Below, piece by piece: positions 50,531 through 63,698 of a stretch of 64,000 nucleotides of DNA. Position numbers and translations under genes: made by a program. The notes below the pieces were generated by a model that worked only from the letters and a program-made list of their open reading frames with translations, did no database searches and had not been told where the DNA came from. How positions within the stretch are numbered: the first letter of the stretch is position 1; every line of letters begins with the position of its first letter. This DNA is from Bigelowiella natans CCMP2755 (taxonomy: Eukaryota > Protista > Cercozoa), in contig ADNK01002347.1 of assembly GCA_000320545.1 (NCBI GenBank), forward strand, positions 16,280 to 80,279, in the 5' to 3' direction.

Positions 50531-51340
50531 CTGTCCAAGTGTCATCACGCTCTCGCTCTCGTCAGCGCTCATTTGGCCTTTGACCTAGCTAGCTAGAAGC
50601 GACAAATTGTCGCACGTCAGGCTCGATGATCCAGATGATGTGATGGGCAGTGCATGCAAGTGTCCATTATTATGTCCTCCTCCTCTAGCCATTGCGCCAC
50701 ATCACCGCCCGACCGTCAACCTTCGATTCGCATGGCAAGCTAGTTGCAGGACGCGCGTCATGGGCCGACGCTCACGCGAATCGCAACACAAAGTCACACT
50801 GCACGTGCAAAAGCTTCATGGGAGAGATTCATTGATGTGGAGCACACACACGCTGGCACGCTAGCACGCCCAGAGCTAGAGAGAAATGTGCACACAATCG
50901 TCATCATCGTGTTAGCACACGTCATGCTAGCATGGCATGTGAGGGCAAACCGATTGCTCTTACACTCTTAGTCGGCGCAACATTGGTCTGATCGAGTGGA
51001 TCGGACGTCCAGCTGCATTCGATTCATGACGCGCATGAGTCGATTGTGTGTTCGTCCACTCTTAGTCGCACACATCTGCGCCCCAGCAGCCCGCAACGTG
51101 TTGAGATTTGAGCTTCATTCTGCACAATTCACTAGATCGAAACTGATGAAAATGTCATCCTGTGATCGGAGACGGGCATTATTGCACATGATGTTTCAGT
51201 GCAGAGAGAAAATTTCATTGGTGAATCTCAAGATGATGGTTTGGATGTTGCTTCCAAAAACAGCAAAATGCGTGCGGCACATAGATGCAGCTAGAAGAGT
51301 CATAGCAATCCATCAAAGTTCCGGTCAAAATTTCGAACTC
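49600..51340. other. TpA-depleted, TpG/CpA-rich domain 2
   Basis: By manual count, only 2 TA in the 660 nt of 49921-50580. Survivors in 50581-51180 are mostly CTAG/TTAG. CpG retained. Confidence 0.9.
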
Positions 51341-53459
51341 TAGATCGCTTAGTCCCCGCTCCTATTCTTTCCATGCTGTAAAATCTTTTAGCTGTTTTCC
51401 CATCTGCGTTCCACGCTATGCTAATCCGTTTACCAGACCCCCGGGCATTTTGTTTGGTGGTCAATACTTCATGTCGAAGCCAGCCAGGAAAACCGATGAA
51501 CTCTCCTGCTTTTGGCTGGATCAGGAGATCGTCGTGAAATCCCTCTCGTGGGTCCTTAAACTGAATCCCCCCCGAGCCTTCCGGCACATTTACATAATAC
51601 ACCATTGACATTTTGGAGTCGACGTGGTTATGCTCCTCGTGCCCCTCGCAAGTCGAGTGCACGGTCGCCCAGAATATCAAATAGTCATGATTCGCTGCTT
51701 CCTGGGAGTGTTTCCTGTGTTCTTCACGAGTGGGCACTTCAGTGATCCTTGACACGTAATCATCAAAGGACTGAGCAATGTCTTCGAACGCTTTGATCGT
51801 CGCCAACGGCCGCAAGTACTCTTTCCAGCCCCCCCCAAGCTGCCAGCGGAAGAAGGCATCGTTCAAGGTGGCTGCTCCTATGAAATCTGCAAAAGCGTCT
51901 TCGAATTGCGCGTGGACGAGCGAAATGCCCTCGGTAAGGTTCCTATTGAGAGACTCCACGTCCACGTCCGGAAAAAGAGTTTTCGCGCTAATGCGAATAA
52001 TCGGGGTTAGCCATCCGTGAACGATGAAACCGTGGTCGTCGGGAGGGCCGGGGACATCTGCCACCATCAAAGACCATGGACTGCGAGCAACGGACGGGAG
52101 CGAGCTCAAAATTCCAAAATCCTTCAGTGGTGGTTGTTTGCTGGAAGAACCCGTTTCCTCCTCGCGCTCTTGCTCATTTTTGGGAAGAATGACGTCTACG
52201 ATAGATGACAGTACATACACAATAATAACAACAACAGCAGCAGAACACCGTAGTTCCTGACATTAGTTACTGGAACGTCTGTAATTCGTACGTGTCGCAG
52301 CGAAAACTGGGTGGAGGAGTGATTCTCAGAGGATAAACATCTTCATTAACTTAGCAGCATGCGCACATTCACGCAAATACTCAACTATACTATACCACTG
52401 TCGGAGCTTTCGCCGGCCTCATTATTCAGTGACGTCTGGTCGCTTTCCTCCATTCTATTGAGTTCCTCCTGCTTTAAGGAATCAAACTCCCTCTCCTTGG
52501 CGAAAGACTCTGTTGTTGTGCTCTCCTCCCGGTTCTCGGTCTGAATGTAGAGGGAATGGGAGGGAAAGGAACGCAAGGGGGGGTGGGGGGGGAATTGGAA
52601 CTGTGCTGAGGGATTAGTTTCGCAAGAGAATTATCAGCTCTCTATTGCGTCTCGAAAATAATCGATCGGTTTCCGTTGTTCATCATTGTCGTCGTTGTTC
52701 GTCGCAAAGAGGGTCTGGGTGGCGATAAGAACAACCTTAAAATTCGCAGTGGCCTCGTCAGGATGGGGAGCATCCGGCGGAGCATTGCACTGCTTTCCTT
52801 CCGGTGTCGTAGAGCTCATGTCGCATTCTCCGTCGGGAGTCGGAGTAGATCTTTCATCAAAACTGTTTTAGAATAAAAGTATAGGAAGGAAGGAAAAACA
52901 TGGTGAGTGATATAGTCAGGCACAAGAGTATGACCAATTACCCTTCGGCCCCCGGATAGCATTCCTTAGAATTTTACATCGCAGAGAGCAGGAATGAGCA
53001 AAATAAGCAGAGAAGATAAATGGATTAGCTTCCCCTCGGAATATATTCCGATTTTGGGGGCGGGTAATAGAGGAGATGGGAACACACAAAGTAAAGAAGA
53101 TTACGTATTCGTCTGGGCTACAGTCATTGCATTCGTCGGCCACCTAATCATCAAGCAATATCACCCCATACATTCAGTGGCTTGAAGAACTTCTTCGAAG
53201 TCAAATAAAACTTTCATTTATTTGCATTCAATTTTGATCGTTTTATTTGAAGAATTCCTCGTTCCAAAAGACTTACATTTCCGTTGAGTTCCAAGCAAGA
53301 GTTCTCACAATCGTCGAGGCATTTACCAGTGACCTACATAGTGCAGAGAATGAGTACGTCCACATGTATCTATGTATATCAGCGTAAAGCTTCCTTCACC
53401 TGTGCAGTAAGAAGCAGGAGGAAGAAGGAGGCTACAGGCAGAAACTCCCCAGCCCGCAT
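51300..53459 (-). CDS. Secreted 2OG-Fe(II) oxygenase (TIGR02466 / 2OG-FeII_Oxy_5 type) with N-terminal Cys-rich module
   Basis: Catalytic exon: WATVH...HEEHNH...SMVYYVNVPEGSGGIQFKDPR...PKAGEFIGFPGWLRHEV...RISIAWN. Upstream exons: signal peptide MRAGEFLPVASFFLLLLTAQ, then VTGKCLDDCENSCLELNGN|VADECNDCSPDEY|ECYPGAEG|FDER. Confidence 0.85.
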
Positions 53460-54044
53460 ATTCACAAAAAAAACTGGGATAGCAACCCTCTATCGATCCG
53501 CGGCCACGATTTGGGGGGGGGGGGAGAGTGATCAGTTTGGCCACATCGGATATGCAATGTTGGAAACGTTGTTAGATTTCCTTTTATTTAGACAATAATT
53601 TAGACTGACAATATCGTTATAAAAATTGCCAAAATTTCACATGGAACTAGTAGGAATTTTCGGTATGAATTTTTGTCTAGTGCTCAAGAAAATCACAACA
53701 CTTCTTATAACCAGAAGGAAGGAAGGAAGGCGAGCGAAGAGGATGTCGGTCCCCCTCTCCATCTGCTTGGTAAAAGGAAATTGAAAAGTGGAGGAGTCGC
53801 AGGGAAGAGAGGAGTAGATGGTGTGATTAGTATCGATTAGCTTTGGGGCAAACATTCTTGGTTTTGTGGTATTTTCCCATCAAACACCGGCCCAGATAAG
53901 CTGAGGGCTTCACAGCCATTGGAAACATGCACGTGTCATGACAGGGAATAGCAAGCTCAGGCTGAGCACTCGCCGTCTTCGATCGAAAGATCCACTGTTT
54001 GCCACTATTTAATCTTGGTATGACATTTTCTGGTGGCGTTGCAG

Positions 54045-55423
54045 GAATCATTGAAACCCCTGAAGCAGACCCCAAAAGGGCTAACTTCCATTAAGCTTCT
54101 GCGAAAGATTCTTTCCAATGTTGTGGCGAAACCTGAAGAGGTCTTCTATCTTCATTCATGATCCGATGAATCTGGCGTAGCTTATCTTGCTGTCATGCCG
54201 TCAATACGGTGGTAAAATAGGAAAAGTACAGAAAGCTTAATGCCGCAAAGCTGATGCCCAAGCTGGCAGGTACATTATGTTTTCTTTTAGGATTGATTTT
54301 GGTAGGGAGAGGGAGGGGGTGAGTTGACCAGAAACAATCACTGTGGTGGGAAAAGTACGACACGATTCATATCCTTTTCGCAGTCTCTTTTTCATATTTG
54401 TTTCGTGGTACATGTGTACATATTAAGGTTTTTTTTCACGATATTACTATTCTTTTCATCCAGCCGAGAATTTAGCCCCGATTTACATCATCGAGCACGC
54501 AGGGTTCATAAAGAAAGACACAAAGTATTATCCACTAAAAAGGATGATTACAACGAACGATGATGCCTCATTGCCCTCACACTCAAACGGCCCCCCCCCC
54601 CCCTCCCCAATTTTCCAGATACATCCTTCCGCAAGATGCCGACATCGGCAAAATATCAGCATTAGTCGTCCAGGTGGAGGAGGTGATAGAATCTAACAGA
54701 CGAATTTATCTCTCAGTTTTGTTTTGTTTCTCTTCCTCCTACGAGCGTAATTGCGTTGTTATTCCATTGGGGAAAGGTGTTAAACCTCGGCTCGAGTGGC
54801 AGCGGTACAGGGGCGGGCAGTGCTCCAAGCCAATACGCTGGTCTCACACAAAAGCAAATCGATGAGTTGGAATGGGAGAAGGAGGTAGGATTCACTTATT
54901 ATAATGTCTCGACAAGTCGCATAGCACATGTGTCCCAGCTCAAGAAGATGATACCCAACTGTCTGTTTTGTTCATGATAAAAGAAAAAACGTTTGGAAGA
55001 AACAGCAGAGCGAAACCAAAGACTACGAGATGCAAGGTGACATCAGCGGAATAAGTATATTTGTTATAACGATAGAGAAAGAGCAGGAATTTGGCTTTTA
55101 TTTCAACTGCAGCATTAGCGATTATTCGTGTATTTTACTCGGCAAATGTTCGTACATTAGGAGAGCGGAAGAGCGACGCAAACGGGAGGAGGAGGAGGCG
55201 AAGGAGGCTGCACGGAAAAAGAAGGAAGAGGCGGAGAACAAAGAGGACGGGAAGCAGACGATGGATCAGGATAATGCACTGGCTACAAACACGACTGCAG
55301 CTTCTTCAACAGGGGGGGGAGACGATATGGAGCAAGAAGAAGTAAAAGACAGTAGTGCTACTGCTGAAAGTAGTGGTGCAGCTTCCATGGAAGTTGAGAA
55401 AAAGTCAGAGAAGAAGGTACACG

Positions 55424-55484
<61 letters not shown>

Positions 55485-55513
55485 CAAATATAAATATATT
55501 TATTCACCGTGCT

Positions 55514-55553
<40 letters not shown>

Positions 55554-56949
55554 TAACCGGTAGGAGGCTACATTGGACGTCACACAATTTCCGCCTAAAT
55601 CGTCACTTGACGCGAAGATGGGCAAGACCAATGGAGAGACGACAGTGCGTATTCATTTCATCCTCACATTTACTTCTGGAATTGCAACCGCCGATGTTTC
55701 CCCCCGTACCCTTCTGCACAACGCGCGCAGATTTTTTTTCTTACTCTCCCCCAAAACGATGATCCTCAATGTAGGTCGTCAATGAGGATGGGAAAGCAAT
55801 GGCATATCAATGGCAAGATGGGAGCTGGAACCTTGTTGGGGAAGCTGTTGCGGCAAAACCAAAGGTATCTCCCTTGCTACTCCCCCCCCCGGTTGCCGCT
55901 CGCTCATCTTTCAGCGCCTCAACTACTGTTCCCGCTTTACTTACTCGCAAAACAGCGAGATGCTGACTTAGATGACGAAATGCAACAAATCGTGAAAAAT
56001 CTCAAAGCTGGCAAGTCAGCGGCTGGGCCTGGGACAAAGAAGGCGAAGGTGAAGACTCTAGTTCGTTCACTCGTGTGTGTGCGTGTGTGCGTGCGTGCGT
56101 GTGCGTGTGTTTGAAAGTGCCAAGCTGTGCTGCTCTGCTCGATAGATTCACCATCATTATCAAGATGTCATCTCCAATATCACCCTCTCCCCTGATACCT
56201 TCACACTCATGCTTCTGTCACCACTACCACCGCCTAACCCATATCACAGAAGAGCAAAAAACCCGCAAACTTCGCAAGCATGACCTTGGAGGAGAAACAC
56301 GCTTATGCGGTGAAGGAGAGGCAGAAGAAGGAGAGAGAGGTAGATTCTTTGATGAAGAAACAGATGATTACACACATAAACTTTCGCCGAGAAAGTCGTA
56401 ACTCTTTTCTTCTTCCTCCACCACCCCCCCCACCCCCCTTTTTTCTTCAGTTGCAGAAGCAGCGTGAGAGGAACCGTCGAGAGGTGGGGAGAGCTCAAGC
56501 GCACCTAAGCGAGCAATCGGAGTGGCAAAAGCTCAAGGTTTGATTAGTCGTTCCGAACCGCAGTAGCAGCACACCATACAAATAGACCAATAACACTAAT
56601 CAAGCCTACGAAACGCTCATCATCAGGCCGCTGCCGCACTGAAGAGAAAGCAGGAAAAGGCGGCAAGGATCGCCAAAAAGAAGCTGCTGGCTAGGATGAA
56701 GAGGGAACGGTATATATACTTCAAAGCATCATTTCCCCCTTGCAAAAACGTAGCTGTCGCTTCATGAATTGCGCCTTCGTTACGTATCGTCGTGATGAGT
56801 TCTATATTCACTAAATCCCGGTCTGAAAACGATTACTCGATAACACCGCCAGCGCCCAAAAGAACAAGGAAATCGCCGAAGAAAACAAGAGGCTGCTTGC
56901 GGAACAAGCTGAGCGCCGAAGACAGATGATGAGCGGTGGGAAAAAGTAG
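54045..56949 (+). CDS. PUB-domain protein with long charged coiled-coil C-terminus (possible p97/Cdc48 cofactor)
   Basis: 'SIKLLRKILSNVVAKPEE|EKYRKLNAAKLMPKLA|...IYIIEHAG' matches the PUB consensus. It is followed by E/K/R-rich exons ending QMMSGGKK* at 56949. Start codon not fixed (candidate ATG at 53641). Confidence 0.75.
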
Positions 56950-57851
56950 AGACGTGCAGGCAAAAGTGCGAATTTGGACCTTAAAGATGGTATTGTTCCT
57001 AAAATGCACCTATCAAACTATTATTGTTGGTGCTAGCTAGGCGGGGAGAAGAACTTGTCGCCGCGCAAACAAACCATACATTTCACAATGCGAAGCAAAC
57101 GGCATGGTTGGAAGTTTCTCTATCTGGCATTTATGCATTGCGTTTAGCATGTTCCGGTATGTTTTATATGGAGCGTAGTCATACAGCATAGCGGCGCGCA
57201 TACGCATACTCTCATCGTGCGTGAAACAGACTACTCATAAGACTATAATATGCACAAGTATTAGCTGCACTAAGAGCCTTCCTCAGTGCTGCGCACATGC
57301 TTTATCGCTAGCACGGAACATGTAATCGCAAAAACGAACGAATACAACATAAGTGCTGTAGCCGCTGCCTTCCAAAGGCACATGACGATGAACATTGATA
57401 AAATACAATCTTTTAGTGCATCTATAGCTATGTCATATCAGCTGCCGCACAACAGCTCGCACAGCACATATCAAGATATCACATAATTAATAGTGAATAC
57501 GCCATGTCTGATGCAAGCCGTTCTAGCTTTTGTAGTTATAATCTTACACCGCCAACAGGAAGAGAGAAAGTTTTGTGCGAATAATAATTCTTGAGCTGTA
57601 TATATAACGCTTAAAGTAAATTTACATGCACTAGTACATCGCTCTGGGTTGCGTGATATTTATTCGTTGCAACAGTTTTTATTTGCACCATTCCATATTA
57701 GATCCGACTGAGTAGTAGGTTTGAAGAAGATGCGGCAGCAGCGATTTCAGCTGTCGGCCTGTTATACATAGCTAGATAGCAAGATGTGCGCTGCTGATCC
57801 GCCTATCTTGACCACGTTGCTCATAGTTTGCTTTATAATATGTATCTTCGC

Positions 57852-58003
57852 CTATTGCGTGAAGATACGAGAACTTGTTTGAAAAGATGCCTTTCTATAT
57901 GCTGTCTTTGCTGGTCTCCTCGTTCCTTGCACGAATTCGTCCTTAGAACGACGTCGAGGAGAAACAGGCCGACCTGTTGCAAGTACACGTTACATATATA
58001 ATC

Positions 58004-58045
<42 letters not shown>

Positions 58046-58081
58046 CGAACATACGCATAGGGGAGAGATGTAGCATTCACG

Positions 58082-58121
<40 letters not shown>

Positions 58122-59886
58122 TCCTTCTCTCTCCTCTCTCACTCTCTCTATGTGTGTATGTGTGTGCGTGTGGTAGAGACAGGTAGGGAGAGAAAGCGAG
58201 AGAGAAAGAGGGGGTGGGGGGGAGGGGGGAGGAGATGACGGTGATTACCCTCCTGACATGTAGTAGTTCCTCCTCGGTGCTCCTATAACACTGGGCTTGG
58301 GAGATTTCACTTTATCTAGGTGGAGACAAAGGGAAGGTAGTAAATATATGTGGTTTTCCATCGTCTCTGCTGCTAAAAGGAGGGATTTTGCGTCCCAATC
58401 CTGAGCTCATTCTCTCGTCCTGCCCCCCCCCCCCCCCCCGTTCCCTCCCGACTTCTTCCTTAACATGGTTGGAACCGGGTTCCTTCCCTTTTCGTGTTTG
58501 GCCGAGAAGTTTAAAGAAGCGGGAGAAACGCCTCGGGGGGTGGATGGTTTAGTGGGCTGGCGGGAGGAGTTTGGGTTGGTAATTTTTTTTTTCCCCCTGA
58601 AAAAAGAGGGGGAGACAAGTTTCCGGGTGATAATAGCCGGTTTTTTTAAAAACCCCCCCCCCCCCTGAAAAAAAATGGGGGGGTTGCGGTACAGGGGGGG
58701 GGGAGAAGAAACGGGAAGAACATAAAGGGGGGAGGAAAAAAAAAAGGGGGGGGGGGGGGGGGGGGGGGTTGAGGAAAAAGAGGAGGAGAGGAAGAGAAGG
58801 GGTGATGAGCTGACGGAGATGTGTTTACGATCATATCAAATACCCTAAAAGCTATGTTACTACTTATCCTGCTGGGATTAATTACCGGGAGAATGGGTTT
58901 TTACCAGCTGCCCCCCCCCCCCGCTTATTCATCATACGTGTGCGACAGCGATAACTTTCTTCGTCATCGTCACTGGTGATGATGCTGCTACCATGACTAC
59001 TATTCTTCGATTTTTGCGATGTCCATCCCTCCCTATTGTGTTTATTTCTGTTGACCCCCCCCTGCTGCCGTCGGGGTACAGGTGGACGGCTATGGATCGA
59101 GGAGGGGGGGGGGCCAACTGGGCTATTGTCCGGAGAGTAAATGTCCACAGCGCCGCTGAGGGTTAGAATCGTGTGACGAGGACACAAATTATTTTGTGTG
59201 CTTTGTGAGAGTGTGGTAAGATGGAGAGTGTGTGCGCGTAAATGCGTAAGGGCTGCGATGGCATAATATACCATTTACACGCATATTTGCAAACGTGTCC
59301 GCATGTTGTTTTGGTTTTTTTTTTGTGCTCTTTTCTTCTAATTGTGAGAGGGATTAACAGCACCTCCTCCTGCACGCTTTTGTTTCTGGATGGTGAACGG
59401 AAGGAGGAGGAAGGAAGAGAGAACGAGAGAAAATAAATAGGACAAGATTTTTAGCATATACGACGGTCAGATGCGATGACGAGTAGAAGTCATAACCATG
59501 CAGCTCACAAAAATTACCTTTCCGCAGTCGTGCAAACCTCAAGTTACGATTGGATTTGTTTTTCCTCCCGTTCCGATTAACAGCTGCAGTCGCTGCATCC
59601 CCTCCCTGAAAACAAAGGGAACATAAAATGATCAAAGGAAAGTGGGAGGGGGGAGGGCGTGTGTTGGAAATCTTGCGATTGTGTTAGGGATACGTTACAT
59701 TTATTTAATGAATATTGACCTTATTCCCTTTTACTGCCTCTCGAAAGCGTTTTTGCCGCTCTCTGATCTCCCTTACGATCATCTATATGTTCGTTGGCGT
59801 GCAGGAACATATGCAACCACAACAACAACAACAACAACAACAACAATAAAAACAATTTTTGAGCTGCTTCGCTCATTCTCCGACAA

Positions 59887-59922
<36 letters not shown>

Positions 59923-59950
59923 ACGCACACGCACACGCACACGCACACAC

Positions 59951-60000
<50 letters not shown>

Positions 60001-61366
60001 GCGCACACGCACACATACTCACTGACCTGATCAAACTGCTGCTGAATGAATGGAGAATCGCTTCCAGAAACGCGGCATCCTAGGGGATCGATGATCTACA
60101 CGCAAGCATAAGCAGTTTAACAACATAACCCGAACGCGCACCAGGTTGGCCTTATTTAGCAGCGGTCTAAAGGTGTGCGTGTGCTATGCGTGTGCGTGTA
60201 CTACGTGATTTATTAAGCATAGCATCATGTTGTAGAACTTCGTATACTCCACCTGGGAGGCCAACTTCGTTTTCTCACTGAAAGGGCAGATCCGTTCGTA
60301 CCCGCCGACCTTTTTAACGAGAGGGGAGGGGGGGAGAGGGGTGGCATCAGGTATTCCCCAGAGAAATTCAAAAAGAAAGGAGGCGTAGCGCAGGGGCGAG
60401 GGGGGATTATAACAGCTGTCAGAATTTGGATTAAACAAAGCTGTGTACACCGATCTGATCAGCGAAAAGCTAGCTTCCTTTTTCAAAAGAGATGACCCAG
60501 GAAAATACACAGAATCCACACATAAATAGCTAATCCGGCAAAGTACCCTTTCTGATATCCAGCCTGGCTCGTTGCACGATAATACCGGTACTCCCTAGAA
60601 ACACAACCGAGGGTTAAGATTTTGGCATTGAAGTGAATGTTAGTAGGCTTGTTGATGTCGATTGAGTATTCTGTGCATTCAAGCTCAAGGACGGTGGTGC
60701 GGCCAGATCTTGCTAATCGTGATTATTCGCAATGAATCGTCGTTCGTTTTGCTTACGTCATTAGTGCTCTGTAGCGGCACTGCGCACCGAGAATGGCCGC
60801 CTATGTAGCAGCATAAATGATGCGAAATGACACGGTATACGTCGTGAAAAATGAGTAGTGCAGCAAATGGTGTTTCTACACGAAGTATTATTCCATTCTC
60901 ACACAACGCACTTGTGCCTAAGCTGCTCCATCTCCTCACTAACAGCCTCGGCTGCGGCGACGAAGGGCGAGACCTAGACAGAGTGTGGTGGTGGGGGGGG
61001 GAGAGAAGAGAAGAAGAAATAACGATCATTCCTCGCTCGTTCCAGAAACACGGAATGTGAAACAAAGCCTTTGACTCTGGCATAAAGAGTGCATGCAACT
61101 GCTCTGTAGCGGCAGCCGTAGGTAGTTAGTAGGAAAGGCTTAGTATTATTCTCTTGTGGAGGGGGCGAGCAATACCTTTGCCATCTCGACTGAACCTGAT
61201 GATGAGGATGATAATGAGTAATCGCTCAAATACAAGCACAACACACACATATACGCTGAGGAGGGTGAAAGTGCAATAAACCAGTCCGGATTACGAAATA
61301 CACATCTCGAAACGGCCAAAAACCGCATATCCACTCATCATCACCATCATCATCATCATCATCGTT

Positions 61367-61403
<37 letters not shown>

Positions 61404-61952
61404 CTATCACGATCAGCATCATAGCCGCCTTAACATACACAACATCAGTAAGCATCTTCTCATTCCCAAGGAAGCTGAACCTTGGATTTGACTTTCTTGT
61501 AGTCTCGCCCCCTACTTCTCCTGTCCGCAATGCGAAACCCGCCATCGGCATAAATGATGGAATCGATGTTGGAGCTACGGCTCTGCTGACCACAGTTGGA
61601 AAAAAAAAAAAAGCCAATGTTCTCCTTGAATCAGGGCCGATGTAAAGTGAGAAGAAGGTGGCTGGTAATTAGCACCTGCTTCGCCTTAGCTTCGTTGTAT
61701 ACGTGCTGCTCCTTCATCTCCTCGGGGGGGTAGCTGTGTACGTCCCAACCCTGTTTGAGGAAGAAGAATAATGCCGTGAGGACAACAAATCGGGGGAAAC
61801 GGAGAGAACCGAAAGGTTACCAAGACGTCCAAGGTATCGTTGAGCAGCGGCACCTTCACCTGCGGTTTTATGTTGGAAAGCAGAATCATTATACCCACGT
61901 CGAGTGAATGAAGCTAAGTCCTGATGATGCTTTATCCTTATCCCCGCGCCCA

Positions 61953-61989
<37 letters not shown>

Positions 61990-63651
61990 CCCTGCTTCTA
62001 AATGATGACGCTGCCGTTGTCATTGAGAAAGTTGGCTTGTTCTTATTTGTGTATATACTCGTAATCGCGAGATTGAGGTGGGTGGTGAGAAAGACGGCAC
62101 ACCTTGGAATCTACAGACCCCTTCACACTTATGGAGGGGGAGGCATTTACCTCGAGCAACCACGGCTTTAGCTGAACATAAACATGCGTCATCGATGTCT
62201 TCACCGCGCAGCTACAGCTGCAAAGCGGCACTTACATTATTGTCTAAGATAATATCGAATCCAAATAGCTCGAAGCACGAAGGCATCGCTGGAACCTGAG
62301 CGAAACACGCGTAAGCAATCAAGAAAGCAAAGGCAAACGACCGACAGCGCTTGTCTCCCTCACCGCATGGACGATGGGCAGGAGAGTGAGTAGCACAAGA
62401 TCTTGTATCCTTAGCCAGATTCTCTCTACGTCAGCGCCTTTTCGCCGCATATGCTCGAAAAACTTAGTGAGGGTCCATTTGCATCCCTACCGAAAGAAGC
62501 AGGGCAAACGCTGAACATGTGCGTGTACGAGGAGGATACAGAAAGACTTCCGGCCTCCACAGGTAATGAAGATATGTGTTTTTTTGAGACAGTGCCAGCA
62601 AGGAGAAGCGAAGTTGTAAACTAGCGATGGGGCGAAGAGTAGAATAATTTGATTTGATTGGGTTTTTGCCGCTCCTGTTTCTCTTCCAATCAATGATGCA
62701 TGCGTGGTGTTCATATCAGTCACCTTTCCAACCGTCTCCTTGCTTATATTGTACGTGTCGCTGTGCTTGTTGATCGAGCTGAAGGAATAATAATAATTAA
62801 TGATAATATAAACGACCCGAGCCTCAGCGAAAACGATTGCTCGTGTAGCAGAAAATCATACAAACACCATTTAGCATTGGTAATACGAGACGTTTTCTCG
62901 CAAATCAATTATTTGATTCCGTTCCTTATCTTCATCGCCCCCCCCTCCCCCCTTCCCCTCCTTCCCCTCTCCCACTCCCTCAGCTATTCACCTGTTTGTC
63001 AGATGAGCGAAGGGGTTGTCTAAATCGTCCAGGTCATACTTCTCCGCACTGAATCGAACAAGGCCCTGTTATAGAGAAAGGATACTACTCTTTAAAAAAC
63101 GCAGAGGCAGCAGTAACATATAAACGCCGTCGCGCATAAACATTAAAACAAAGAACATATCGGTGTGGGAACACCTCTCTATACAAATAGACGTTCAGCG
63201 GCCGGAAAGACTCAACCAGCACGTATACCCTCAGATCGAATTTGTAGCCTTAGCAAACGACACATCATCACTCATCCACACCTTTCACTGCAAAAGCAGC
63301 AGGGAGGAGGAGTTAGGTAACGTAGCACGGAGGGGAGGGGGGGGAACCTGCAATCAGGTACGGTTTCAAGAGATATTTCTGGACGACTGTAGATCCTGTG
63401 CGAAAGCAATAGTATGCGCCATAAGTGCCACGAGACTTAAATTTACATGTATATTGCTATTTTGGTTGTCGTTGCGGGTTTGAAACCCACCATCACCACC
63501 ACCTCACCACCACCTGTATATTCTAAATCATCCAAAGAGTCTAGCAGGTATATGTCCGTTCCCTAGAGGATCAGGGGGGGGGGGGGGGGGGAAGTAGTTA
63601 ACAATAGCACAAGATTCGAAGACCTAAGCACTTTACTGCAATGGCGTTATG

Positions 63652-63698
<47 letters not shown>

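Noticed and set aside
59642-60083. Poly-(HT)/(CV)/(RV) ORFs here and throughout the window
   Set aside because: Translations of intronic dinucleotide microsatellites.
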